From: Prochlorococcus sp. scB245a_519A13
GTDB taxonomy: Bacteria > Cyanobacteriota > Cyanobacteriia > PCC-6307 > Cyanobiaceae
Length of the DNA: 64,000 nucleotides
Direction of reading: 5' to 3'
Assembly: GCA_000634415.1 (NCBI GenBank)
Contig: JFNH01000096.1
Coordinates: 47,682-111,681 of the forward strand
Shown here: positions 33,665 through 42,735 of the stretch, one piece after another
Layout: every line of letters begins with the position of its first letter
Position numbering within the stretch: the first letter of the stretch is position 1
Program-made: the position numbers and the translations under genes
The notes under the pieces: generated by a model
Database searches by the model: none
What the model was told of the DNA's origin: nothing
The model's input: only the letters and a program-made list of their open reading frames with translations

Positions 33665-34320
33665 TTAGATGGGAAATAATTCTTTCTAGAATATGGGTCC
33701 CATAATTCGTATTTATACATTAAGGATTTAAATTCTCTATTTTTCTCAAATGAATCTAACCAGTTTTTTATTGAGGGCTCAAAATAATTTGTTCTTTTTT
33801 GACTTTCACAAGCGATTCTAAATTGTCTTACAAAAGGCCAAATTGACCAATCAGCGATTGTGGGGCTATCTCCAAAAAAGTATTTATTTTCTGCAAGAAG
33901 TTTGTTCCATCTCTTTATAAATTTAATCGCATTAGTGAAATGAAATTCTTCATCACTATTTTTATATCTTGTGGCATATTTAAATCGATCTAAATGATAT
34001 TTGAATTCGTTATCGTTTTCATAAATTATTTCAAAAATATCTTCCCTTTTATTCTCAGGAAAATAAATTAATTTGATGTTTTTCTTTTTAGACTCTGAGA
34101 GAGCCCACATGATGATTTCAAGACTTTCTTCAATAACGTCACTATTTTTTTTTATTAGTATTGGAACCGTTTTCGTTTTTGAATTATTTAAAAAATCTAG
34201 AGGTTTATTTTTTAAATCAATTTCTCTTATCTCTACTTTTATTTCACAAATTAATAAGGCCCATCTTGCACGAATTGCATATGGACATCTTCGAAATGAA
34301 TATAAAATATCGTTTTTCAT
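33661..34320 (-). CDS. Glutathione S-transferase family protein
   Basis: LYSFRRCPYAIRAR, TVPIL, ESLEI and ADWSIWPFVRQF. Confidence 0.92.
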   Translation of the reverse strand: MKNDILYSFRRCPYAIRARWALLICEIKVEIREIDLKNKPLDFLNNSKTKTVPILIKKNSDVIEESLEIIMWALSESKKKNIKLIYFPENKREDIFEIIYENDNEFKYHLDRFKYATRYKNSDEEFHFTNAIKFIKRWNKLLAENKYFFGDSPTIADWSIWPFVRQFRIACESQKRTNYFEPSIKNWLDSFEKNREFKSLMYKYELWDPYSRKNYFPSN

Positions 34321-34394
34321 ATTGTAAAAACTTTAAATTTCCTTGATTCTTTTAGTATTATTTAAGAAGGAACAGAATTAATTTTACAACGCAA

Positions 34395-34937
34395 ATGTCG
34401 GGATATGTTTACCTCATTAGAGTAGGGGACCTTTATAGGATTGGGAAAACGGATAATCTTGAAAAGAAAATTAAGAAATTAAAACCAGATGAATTATTAA
34501 CATCAATTATGACGAAGGAGCCAGAAACTCTCGAAGCAAGATTACTAAGAAAATATAAGTCGCAAAGAATTCCTGAAACTGGTTATTTAAAGCTTTCTAA
34601 AAGACAAATTAGAGAATGCAAAAAGCAATTTGAATTAAAAGGGAGCTTACCTCACACTTTAGATGCTGAAGTTTCCATAACTCTATTTGCATCATTTTTA
34701 TTGTTTTCATTAAGTTCCCTTATTTTTAATTATTTAAATTTTGGATTTGTAAAATCTATATCTTATTCTTTCGGAATGGCATCTTTACCAATGGTTATAT
34801 TATTTATAACAGGTAGTTTTGGGGGATACTTTTCTGAAGATTTATCTCTTTTTTCATTGTTAACTAATCGAATAAAAGGTTTATTTATTGCAATTGCAAT
34901 GCTTTCAATGGCTTACTTAATATTCAATTTAGGTTAA
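34395..34937 (+). CDS. GIY-YIG/T5orf172-like domain protein with C-terminal transmembrane helices
   Basis: GYVYLIR...YRIGKT...LEARLL N-terminus, followed by about three hydrophobic helices. Confidence 0.72.
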   Translation: MSGYVYLIRVGDLYRIGKTDNLEKKIKKLKPDELLTSIMTKEPETLEARLLRKYKSQRIPETGYLKLSKRQIRECKKQFELKGSLPHTLDAEVSITLFASFLLFSLSSLIFNYLNFGFVKSISYSFGMASLPMVILFITGSFGGYFSEDLSLFSLLTNRIKGLFIAIAMLSMAYLIFNLG

Positions 34938-35641
34938 ATTTCATAATTACAATTTAAGGCAATTTCAAATGGAACTGATTGGCTAGGTAACTTCAGAATA
35001 GTTGAGCATATTTCAGCAATATCTTCTGGTTGTGTCATGTTTGATTTGTCTAAAGAAGAGATATTTTGGGCCATTTTTGTATTAACCCAGCTTGGGCAAA
35101 TTGCTGAAACCCTTATATTTTCATCCCAACCTTTATTTTTCATCGTTTGGCATAATCCCATCAAAGCAAACTTTGAAGAAGAATAAGCAGCTAAATCGCC
35201 TTTAGATCTTTTCCCACTCATTGAAACTAAAACAATAATTCTTCCTCTGCCTGAGGTACATAAATGATCCCAAGAAAGCCTACATAAATTCCAGATTGCT
35301 AAAAAATTGATATTTAATGTATTTAAAATATCTTCTTCTTCACCATCTTTGTATAAGAAAGGAACTTTAGATAATACTCCAGAACAATTTATTACTGAAT
35401 CGAATCCTCCAAATTCATCTACGGTATTCTTTATCCAATGTTCGGCTGTAATTCTTTTTAATGCATCATAATGGTTGATTATAATTTTCCCTTCTGGCCA
35501 TTTATTTGGATCAATAGCGCTTCCTTTTAATGATTCTAAATCTCTTATGCCAACACTAATTCTATTGCCTTCTTTTAATTCTTTGTGTGCAATATTTAGT
35601 CCAATCCCTCTACTAGCTCCACTTATTAGTATGGTTCTCAT
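34934..35641 (-). CDS. Short-chain dehydrogenase/reductase
   Basis: SGASRGIG, catalytic Ser (VSMSG), YSSSK and CPSWVNT. Confidence 0.93.
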   Translation of the reverse strand: MRTILISGASRGIGLNIAHKELKEGNRISVGIRDLESLKGSAIDPNKWPEGKIIINHYDALKRITAEHWIKNTVDEFGGFDSVINCSGVLSKVPFLYKDGEEEDILNTLNINFLAIWNLCRLSWDHLCTSGRGRIIVLVSMSGKRSKGDLAAYSSSKFALMGLCQTMKNKGWDENIRVSAICPSWVNTKMAQNISSLDKSNMTQPEDIAEICSTILKLPSQSVPFEIALNCNYEI

Positions 35642-35648
35642 TTTTAAC

Positions 35649-36932
35649 TTATATATTTGGAAATATTATCCTGAGTAACATTTTAAATTCTCTACCATGC
35701 ATGATCATAAGACCTTTCTTTACACTCCAAGGAGCCTTTATAAACATTACGCACATCGCATATACAATCTCTTTTAAAGAAAGAGTATCAGTTAGAAAAC
35801 CATACCATTGATTTTTAGGTAGTTGGAAAAAACTACCAAAAAATTCTCTCAATAGTTTCTCGTCGAATCTCATGAGTTTTTCTAATCCAAATTGATAAAG
35901 TGATTTCTTCCTAATTAATTCTTTTGACCATAAAGTTTCCCAACCTTTTCTAGCAATATGATAAGTACTTAGATTTTTGTTTTTAATTGCTTCTGAGACT
36001 GCCTTAGCGACAAGTGGAGCCCTTCTTAAAACATTGCCAATTAAATATCCAGATGCAGGATGTACCATTGAAGCAGCGCCACCATATCCTAGTATTTGTT
36101 GTTTGAAATCTGGGATTGGCATATTCATAGGGAGAAATAAGCCAAGCTCTTCATGCTGCATGCTTGTTATTGATATATTTCGATAAGAAAGCCTCTTCTC
36201 TAGTCTCTCTTTTAAATTTTCCATTGTTAGAGGATTTACTAAACCAAGGGATGTCTCTTCAAGAAAATATTTACCATCCCCCATATCCATGGCATAAAGA
36301 AAAGTAGGCGGTTCTTTTTTTTGATCATCGTTAAGATGGTCATTTCTATAGTCCATTAAGACAAACTGCCCTTTTTTAAGTGGAGGTTTACTAAAATTAC
36401 CTACTATTCCATAACAAGTTTGGACTGCTAAGGGACCACATGATTTTAATTTAAGAAAAACAGGATCATATCCTGTTGCATCTACTACTAATCTTGCAGA
36501 GTAAGTCTTGCCATCTTTTGTAGTTACTATACTTCTGTATTTTTCAAAATGTATATTTTTTGCAAAGCCTTGATGCCATTTAATAAAAGACTTATTGCAT
36601 TCATTAAACCAATAATTGTGGAGTTTCTTCTTATCAAATAGTCCATAATCTAGTGAATGTTCCGTGGCTTTATTCTCGTCATCCTGTTCTTCTAAAGCGC
36701 CATGCCCAAAAAAACTTACAGTATTCTTCCATCTATATTCAAGTAAATCCTGAAGCCCAAGTTGATCAACTTCTTTCCCCCAAATTCCATATGTGTTTGG
36801 CCAAGGTTCATCTGGTCCATTTGGGGAAAGCACTTCAACATCTAATTTTTCCTTCCCTAATGCTGACGCAATTGCCATACCTGCAGGCCCTGCACCCAAA
36901 ACAAGAACATCTGGCATATTTTCTTTTGACAT
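35649..36932 (-). CDS. crtL: Lycopene cyclase (CrtL type; possibly the epsilon/beta form)
   Basis: DVLVLGAGPAG, PNTYGIW, LMDYR, PTFLYAM, FLEETSL and VHPASGY motifs. Confidence 0.92.
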   Translation of the reverse strand: MSKENMPDVLVLGAGPAGMAIASALGKEKLDVEVLSPNGPDEPWPNTYGIWGKEVDQLGLQDLLEYRWKNTVSFFGHGALEEQDDENKATEHSLDYGLFDKKKLHNYWFNECNKSFIKWHQGFAKNIHFEKYRSIVTTKDGKTYSARLVVDATGYDPVFLKLKSCGPLAVQTCYGIVGNFSKPPLKKGQFVLMDYRNDHLNDDQKKEPPTFLYAMDMGDGKYFLEETSLGLVNPLTMENLKERLEKRLSYRNISITSMQHEELGLFLPMNMPIPDFKQQILGYGGAASMVHPASGYLIGNVLRRAPLVAKAVSEAIKNKNLSTYHIARKGWETLWSKELIRKKSLYQFGLEKLMRFDEKLLREFFGSFFQLPKNQWYGFLTDTLSLKEIVYAMCVMFIKAPWSVKKGLMIMHGREFKMLLRIIFPNI

Positions 36933-37157
36933 TAAATATAAATCTTTTGATTAAAGAAATTTATGGAACAAATTATTACGTCTGCGCTTAGAGTTATATA
37001 TTTCATCCAATATTTGTAATAATAGTAGATTAATAATAATCAAATTACTCAAATACTAGTGACTAAGTTTTCAGTGTTTTAACAATAATTTATAAGATTA
37101 CAAAATAAAAAAAACTTTATTTATTTTTTTTATCATAAAAAAAATATAGGAATTTAA

Positions 37158-38158
37158 ATGATTAAAAATAAAAATATTTTAATTACTGGAGGTAATTCAG
37201 GAATAGGTTTTTTGCCATTATTAATTTACTGAAGACGAAAAATATTTTATATGTTGTAATAAAAAACGAATTTAGAAAAAATGAATTTCTCAAAAAAATT
37301 GAAAAATATTTTGATAAAAATTACCTTAGTAAATTTTTAAATATTATTGAAAATTGTGATCTTTCAGATCTAGAGAATATTAAAAAAATTAAGGATTACT
37401 TTATTATTAAAAAAATTGTTTTGGATGTTGTTGTTTTAAATGCTGGATTGCAATATACAGGCTCTTTTTATCCTAAAGTATCAAAACAAGGCATAGAACT
37501 AACTTTTGCGGTAAATCATCTTGCACATTTTTACTTGGTAAATGTACTGAAAGATTTTATTAGTGATAAAGAAGAATCTAAAATCATTATTACATCATCA
37601 GATGTACACGACCCCAAAAGTTCAGGTGGCAATATAGGAAAGAAAGCGGGACTTAATAATCTAGTTGATTTTAGAAAAAAAGTAACTGGCCAATTTTTAA
37701 ATTTTAGTGCTGATGAAGCTTATAAAAATAGTAAGTTATGTAATATTTTGTTTGCTAAAGAACTTGAAAAAAAATTAAAAATGTCCTCCAGTAAAATTTC
37801 TATAATAACTTGGGCTCCTGGTCTCGTAATACCAAATGATGATTCTGGGTTTTTTAGATATAGTAAACGTTTTAATCTCTTTGGATATTTAATTTTTTCT
37901 AAAGCTGCAAAAAATATTTTAGGAATTTCTGAAAGTATAGAAAATGCTGGAAAGATTCTTTCTGAAATTGTCCTTGATGCAAATTTAAATAATGTTGGTT
38001 TCATATATTTAAGTAATAAACTTAAAGCTAGAAAAAAACATAAATTAGTTGAAAGTAACGTTAGTGATGAAGCAAATAGTGATGAGTTGGCTTCAAAACT
38101 TTGGATTTTAAGTGAAGATATTTGCAGATCATTTGGATTTGTTACTCTCAATATTTAA
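37158..38158 (+). pseudogene. Frameshifted SDR (protochlorophyllide-reductase-like): pseudogene or sequencing error
   Basis: ATG at 37158 gives MIKNKNILITGGNSGIG and then stops at TGA 37230-37232. Adding one T to the T6 run at 37208-37213 joins it to the open frame carrying CDLSDL, LNAG, FAVNHLAHF, SSDVH and YKNSK. Confidence 0.85.
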
Positions 38159-39160
38159 GGTTTGTGTTGGGAATGCAAACTCTATATTGTTGAGAGCAAA
38201 TTCCTCAATAATTTTTAAATTTATAGATTGTTGAGCTTCCATTGCAGCAAGATAATTATTAGTTGGTATGTAATAAACAAGTTCGAAATTAAGACTGAAG
38301 TCACCAAAATCTGTAAAATGACACCTATCAAAAGAAGCATCTTTTGTCTCTTCAACTATTTTTTTTATTATTATTGGAATCAATTTCATAAGTTTTGGAG
38401 AAGTTTCATAAACAACTCCTAATTTATGCACTAACCTTCTTTTTTCCATTTGTGCGTAATTTGAAATTATTCCATTTGTAAGGGCGCTGTTGCTCATTAC
38501 TATTACTTCTCCATTGATACTTCTTATTCTTGAGGATCTTACTCCGACCCTCTCAACCATTCCAAGGACGCCATCTGATTTTATAAACTCCCCTTTTTGA
38601 AAAGGTTTATCAAGCAAAATCGTTATGTATTCAAAAAACTCCTGAACTGGATCTTTCAAAGCTAATCCTGCTCCAATACCCCCTGCACTGAGTAGAGCCC
38701 AAATAGCAGTCATTTGAACACCTATATTTTGTAAGAAAAAGATTGAACCAATAGTCCAAGTTAATGCTTTTATTAAAGGAGTAAGTGAAGATATCATTGA
38801 ACTGATTGAAGAATCATTAATTTTCGATGTCGATTCTGTTAAAGATCTTATTAAAACTTTGTTGAGAGCTTTTATAATTATTATTAATATAAATAATTTC
38901 AGAATATTCAATAATACAGAGATAAAAGTTATTTCATTAGCAAAAAAATAGTCAATTGAAAAATAAAATGAAAGGAGAAAACCTATTGGTTTAATAATTC
39001 CAGAGATGACCTCAAAAATAAAATCATCAAAATTTGTTTTTGTACGTCTGGTGATCTTTTTGAAGAATATTTTTGAAAGTTTAGAAATTACTATCGACAG
39101 CAAAATTCCAATAAAAAAAATAGATATTGCCAGAAGGAAGTTTTCAGTAACTAATTTCAT
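38129..39160 (-). CDS. mscS: Small-conductance mechanosensitive channel (MscS family)
   Basis: GGIGAGLALKD, DKPFQKGEFI, VERVGVRSSRIR and IEFAFPTQ. Confidence 0.93.
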   Translation of the reverse strand: MKLVTENFLLAISIFFIGILLSIVISKLSKIFFKKITRRTKTNFDDFIFEVISGIIKPIGFLLSFYFSIDYFFANEITFISVLLNILKLFILIIIIKALNKVLIRSLTESTSKINDSSISSMISSLTPLIKALTWTIGSIFFLQNIGVQMTAIWALLSAGGIGAGLALKDPVQEFFEYITILLDKPFQKGEFIKSDGVLGMVERVGVRSSRIRSINGEVIVMSNSALTNGIISNYAQMEKRRLVHKLGVVYETSPKLMKLIPIIIKKIVEETKDASFDRCHFTDFGDFSLNFELVYYIPTNNYLAAMEAQQSINLKIIEEFALNNIEFAFPTQTLNIESNKSK

Positions 39161-39237
39161 TTCAAATAAACTCTAAAAATTTATCTCTAATAAAATTTTA
39201 AATTATCTCTAAACAACAAACCAGTCTTTATTTTTCA

Positions 39238-39807
39238 TTAACTTATTATTATATTTCTAATTTCTTTAAATTCTTTTCTATCCGCAGTTTTGCATAATTC
39301 AAAAATTATTGATTCAGTTGTTGTTAAGATCGCCCCACTCTGATTCATTCTTTGTAATGCTATTTCATGATCTACTCTATTTCGACTTCCCATGGCATCT
39401 GATATGAGAATAACTTCAAATCCTTTTTGTAAGCACTCTAAGGCGGTTTGTTGAATACAAATATGCGTTTCGATCCCACAAACTATCAAATTACTAATTT
39501 TCTTATTTTTAAGTTCATTTAAAAAATCTTGTACATTGGCTAAGCTAAATACCATCTTTTCAATCTTTTTAAATCGAGCTTTGGGTAATAATTCAGGGAT
39601 TGTTTCTCCCAATTTGAGTGGGTTTTGTTCAGATATAAATATGTTTTCTTCTAAAATTTGGTAAGCATTTATTAGTTTTTTAATGTTTTTGATTATTGAA
39701 TCCTTATTAAAAATTGGTCTTATTATTTTTTCCTGAATATCAATAATTATCAAGGCGTTTACTTTCGATGATAATTTATCAGAAGAGATTTCTTGATCAC
39801 TCATCAT
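39238..39807 (-). CDS. Isochorismatase-family hydrolase (YcaC/ISOC-like)
   Basis: LIIIDIQEK, SEQNP, KMVFS and GIETHICIQQT. Confidence 0.9.
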   Translation of the reverse strand: MMSDQEISSDKLSSKVNALIIIDIQEKIIRPIFNKDSIIKNIKKLINAYQILEENIFISEQNPLKLGETIPELLPKARFKKIEKMVFSLANVQDFLNELKNKKISNLIVCGIETHICIQQTALECLQKGFEVILISDAMGSRNRVDHEIALQRMNQSGAILTTTESIIFELCKTADRKEFKEIRNIIIS

Positions 39808-39923
39808 TTATATATAAAGATACATTTAACATAATATTTTGAAGAACTTTAGTAAACATTTTAAATTAATAAGTTGTTTTACTCTCATCTAGAGTTATTA
39901 TTGAGAATAGACATGGGTTAATT

Positions 39924-40376
39924 TTGTCATTATCCTCTCAATACAAAGTCATCACATCTCCTCTTGGTGATGGATTACATAAAGATGGGAAGAGGTTAAC
40001 TCCTCAGAGGCTAAAAGTTCTTAATTTATTTGAAAATATTGGCTCTGGAAAGCATCTTAGTGCTGAAGAGGTTCATGAAAAGTTAGTTAAAACAAGCTCC
40101 AAAGTTTCACTAGCAACAATTTATAGAACTTTAAGACTTTTAGTGCAAATGGGTTTGCTTCATGAATTAGAACTCAGTGAGGGTGGACACAGATATGAAT
40201 TGCTTAGTAACGACACACCGGACCATCATCATTTAATTTGTATCAGGTGTGGAAGAACGGAAGAATTTGAAAATGAAGAAGTTTTAGAAGCAGGTAAAGT
40301 TGCAGCAAAAGTTAATGGTTTTAAACTAATTGAATCCTCTTTAAATGTAAGAGCTATTTGTCCTAATTGCATCTAG
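39924..40376 (+). CDS. fur: Fur-family transcriptional regulator
   Basis: RLTPQR, HLSAEE, SLATIYRTL, HHHLICIRC and C-terminal CPNC. Confidence 0.95.
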   Translation: MSLSSQYKVITSPLGDGLHKDGKRLTPQRLKVLNLFENIGSGKHLSAEEVHEKLVKTSSKVSLATIYRTLRLLVQMGLLHELELSEGGHRYELLSNDTPDHHHLICIRCGRTEEFENEEVLEAGKVAAKVNGFKLIESSLNVRAICPNCI

Positions 40377-40382
40377 TAGGTT

Positions 40383-41315
40383 TTAACTTAAAGTCCCCCC
40401 ACAACTTGACCCGGCACCTGCAGTGCAAGCAAAACAATGTTCTTTTACAGCTACCCCGTAGTCAAAAGTAAATGATTCATCCAATAGATCAAAAAGTGTC
40501 TTTGGTCCTTTATCCTTTCGGAAATTTATTTGTTGGTTAAAGTCACAATCATAAATTTCTCCTAACCAATTTACGCTAATTGTCTTTTTACACATAAGAT
40601 TTTCTAAATTCTTTTCATTAAAATTTTCTTTTAGTAATTTGTAATAACTCTCTAGTTTCCCTTCTCTTCTAAGAGATTCTTCATATCTATTTATCGGCAT
40701 ATTAGTTATTGTGTATAAATTATTAAAAACGATATTGTATTTTTCGAATAGTATTTTTTTATAATCCTTCTCCAATATTTCCTGAGAAGGAGGAAGAATT
40801 GGGCTTACAGGATTGTAAACAAGGTTTAATTGTAATCCATTTTCTTTTTTTCCATAGCCTAAATCATTAAGAATTTTTATGGCATTAATACTTTTTTCAA
40901 AAACACCAAAACCCCTTTGAAAATCAACATTATTTTTTTCATAACACGGTAGCGAAGCATTAACAATCACTTTATTCTTTGCAAGAAATTGAGGAAGATC
41001 TTCATAACCTTCTTCAAAGAAAATTGTCAAATTACACCTGTCAATAATATCAATTTGTTTTGTGCTCAAACTGGTTATTAGGTTTTTAAATTCTGGGTGA
41101 AGTTCTGGCGCACCACCTGTAATATCTAAAGTCTTGATTTTGTATTTTTCAATTATCTTTGGAATAAGAGATATCATTTCATTGGACATCTTTTCAGTCC
41201 TTAGGGGACTCGAATTGACATGACAATGCTTGCAAGCCTGATTGCATTTATAACCTATGTTAATTTGCAATGTTTCTATAGGTTCTTTATATATTGGGGG
41301 GAATTTTTCTTTCAT
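40383..41315 (-). CDS. arsS: Radical SAM protein, ArsS (arsenosugar biosynthesis) family
   Basis: CNQACKHCH, DITGGAPEL, ASLPCY, DCDFNQ and C-terminal HCFACTAGAGSSCGG. Confidence 0.85.
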   Translation of the reverse strand: MKEKFPPIYKEPIETLQINIGYKCNQACKHCHVNSSPLRTEKMSNEMISLIPKIIEKYKIKTLDITGGAPELHPEFKNLITSLSTKQIDIIDRCNLTIFFEEGYEDLPQFLAKNKVIVNASLPCYEKNNVDFQRGFGVFEKSINAIKILNDLGYGKKENGLQLNLVYNPVSPILPPSQEILEKDYKKILFEKYNIVFNNLYTITNMPINRYEESLRREGKLESYYKLLKENFNEKNLENLMCKKTISVNWLGEIYDCDFNQQINFRKDKGPKTLFDLLDESFTFDYGVAVKEHCFACTAGAGSSCGGTLS

Positions 41316-41355
41316 AAATCTATTATTTATAAATTGTCATTCGAAAATTTAAAAG

Positions 41356-42576
41356 TCAACTATTTTTTTTAAAGTTTGATCTCTTACTAGCAAGTTCAAT
41401 AAACCAACTTATGTATTCTTTGGGACCATTTTTAAAAACTATGTCAAATTTTAAATTGTCATGAACATCACTTATCCCTATTAAACCAGTTTTTTTTGTA
41501 GAGGGTCTTTCAACTTCACCAGAACTACTATCTACAAAAATTATTTTATTCTTAATCCCATATTCATTACCTAATTTTTGTATTAATTCTAGAAAAGACC
41601 TGTCACTTCCTCCTCTTGAATAACTTTTTTCATCATTATTTTTTTTTGATGTGACTGTGTCACCAACTCCTACAATCAAAGGCATATCTTCTTTTTGAAT
41701 AGTTCTTTTGCATAAATCAATTTTTTCCATAACAGAATTTGGAGAGTTTCTAAAATTAAAATTTTTTCCAAAAGGAGCTTTACCAGTTTTATCCGCAATA
41801 AATTTATTTAAAAGAAATAAAACTCCAGAATCTTTAACTGCTCCTTTAATAAGTAATTGTATGTCTGTTGATCCAATATCATCTTGAGAAGAAAGTTTAA
41901 TTGTTTCTCTACCATTTTTATTACCTAAATTTGGTGAAATATGAAGGAAAAATGAGTTTTTGAGGCCTTCGGATTCGGCTTTTAAAATGATTTCATTCAT
42001 CATTTTTTCAAAACTAATTTGAATAAGCTTTCTTTTATCAGAATCTTTATGAACTAAATCAAATAGACTATTGAAATTAATCGTTGGCGAGAAGCGTGTT
42101 TCACAAATTGATTTTACCGCGTGAAAATTGATATCTTCTTGGCTAAGTTCAGGAAAAATATTCTTAACTATTAAATTAAATTTTGGTCTTATTAAACTAG
42201 GTACTTTTGATAAAAAATTTATTTCTTTTTCTGAGACTCCTTCAAAACTGATTTCACCATTGTTGTCTTGATACTCTACTCCACAGGCAGCTAAACCTCT
42301 TAAATATAGTTCTTTGTTTTTAGGCTCAGTAGTGCTCCTTAAACTCCTCTCTATTATTCTGTTTACTCCTCTTGGACCTTCATGTTCCCCGCAAGTTAAT
42401 ACAAAGAATTCCTTGGCAAATTCTTTTACTGCATAGATATATTTTGATTCTAATTCTCTAGTCATTGGATCTTTAACTAAAGGGATACAAACTCCGTCAA
42501 TGTCTTGAATAAATAAGATATTTTTAGAAGAAATTAATTGTTTTTGTTCATTTAAATTACTTGCCATATATTCCAT
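41356..42576 (-). CDS. stpA: Glucosylglycerol-phosphate phosphatase family (StpA/GgpP, HAD-like)
   Basis: QDIDGVC, VLTCGEHEG, GLAACGV, VGVGDTVTS, RGGSDRSFL and VDSSSGEV. Confidence 0.88.
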   Translation of the reverse strand: MEYMASNLNEQKQLISSKNILFIQDIDGVCIPLVKDPMTRELESKYIYAVKEFAKEFFVLTCGEHEGPRGVNRIIERSLRSTTEPKNKELYLRGLAACGVEYQDNNGEISFEGVSEKEINFLSKVPSLIRPKFNLIVKNIFPELSQEDINFHAVKSICETRFSPTINFNSLFDLVHKDSDKRKLIQISFEKMMNEIILKAESEGLKNSFFLHISPNLGNKNGRETIKLSSQDDIGSTDIQLLIKGAVKDSGVLFLLNKFIADKTGKAPFGKNFNFRNSPNSVMEKIDLCKRTIQKEDMPLIVGVGDTVTSKKNNDEKSYSRGGSDRSFLELIQKLGNEYGIKNKIIFVDSSSGEVERPSTKKTGLIGISDVHDNLKFDIVFKNGPKEYISWFIELASKRSNFKKNS

Positions 42577-42735
42577 ATTTATAATTATTTTTCATTAAAT
42601 TTCCACTTTCTCAGAAATTATAAATTAAAAAACTCAATATTTTCAATAAATAATTTGCTATGGTCAAAAATTGCTTTAATGTAGAAAAATATTGGTAGGG
42701 TAAGAAATTAAAAAAATTATCAAGAGTTTCCAAAA

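Noticed and set aside
40383-40430. Possible selenocysteine in the ArsS C-terminal GSSxGG motif
   Set aside because: The codon is TGT (Cys); there is no in-frame TGA.
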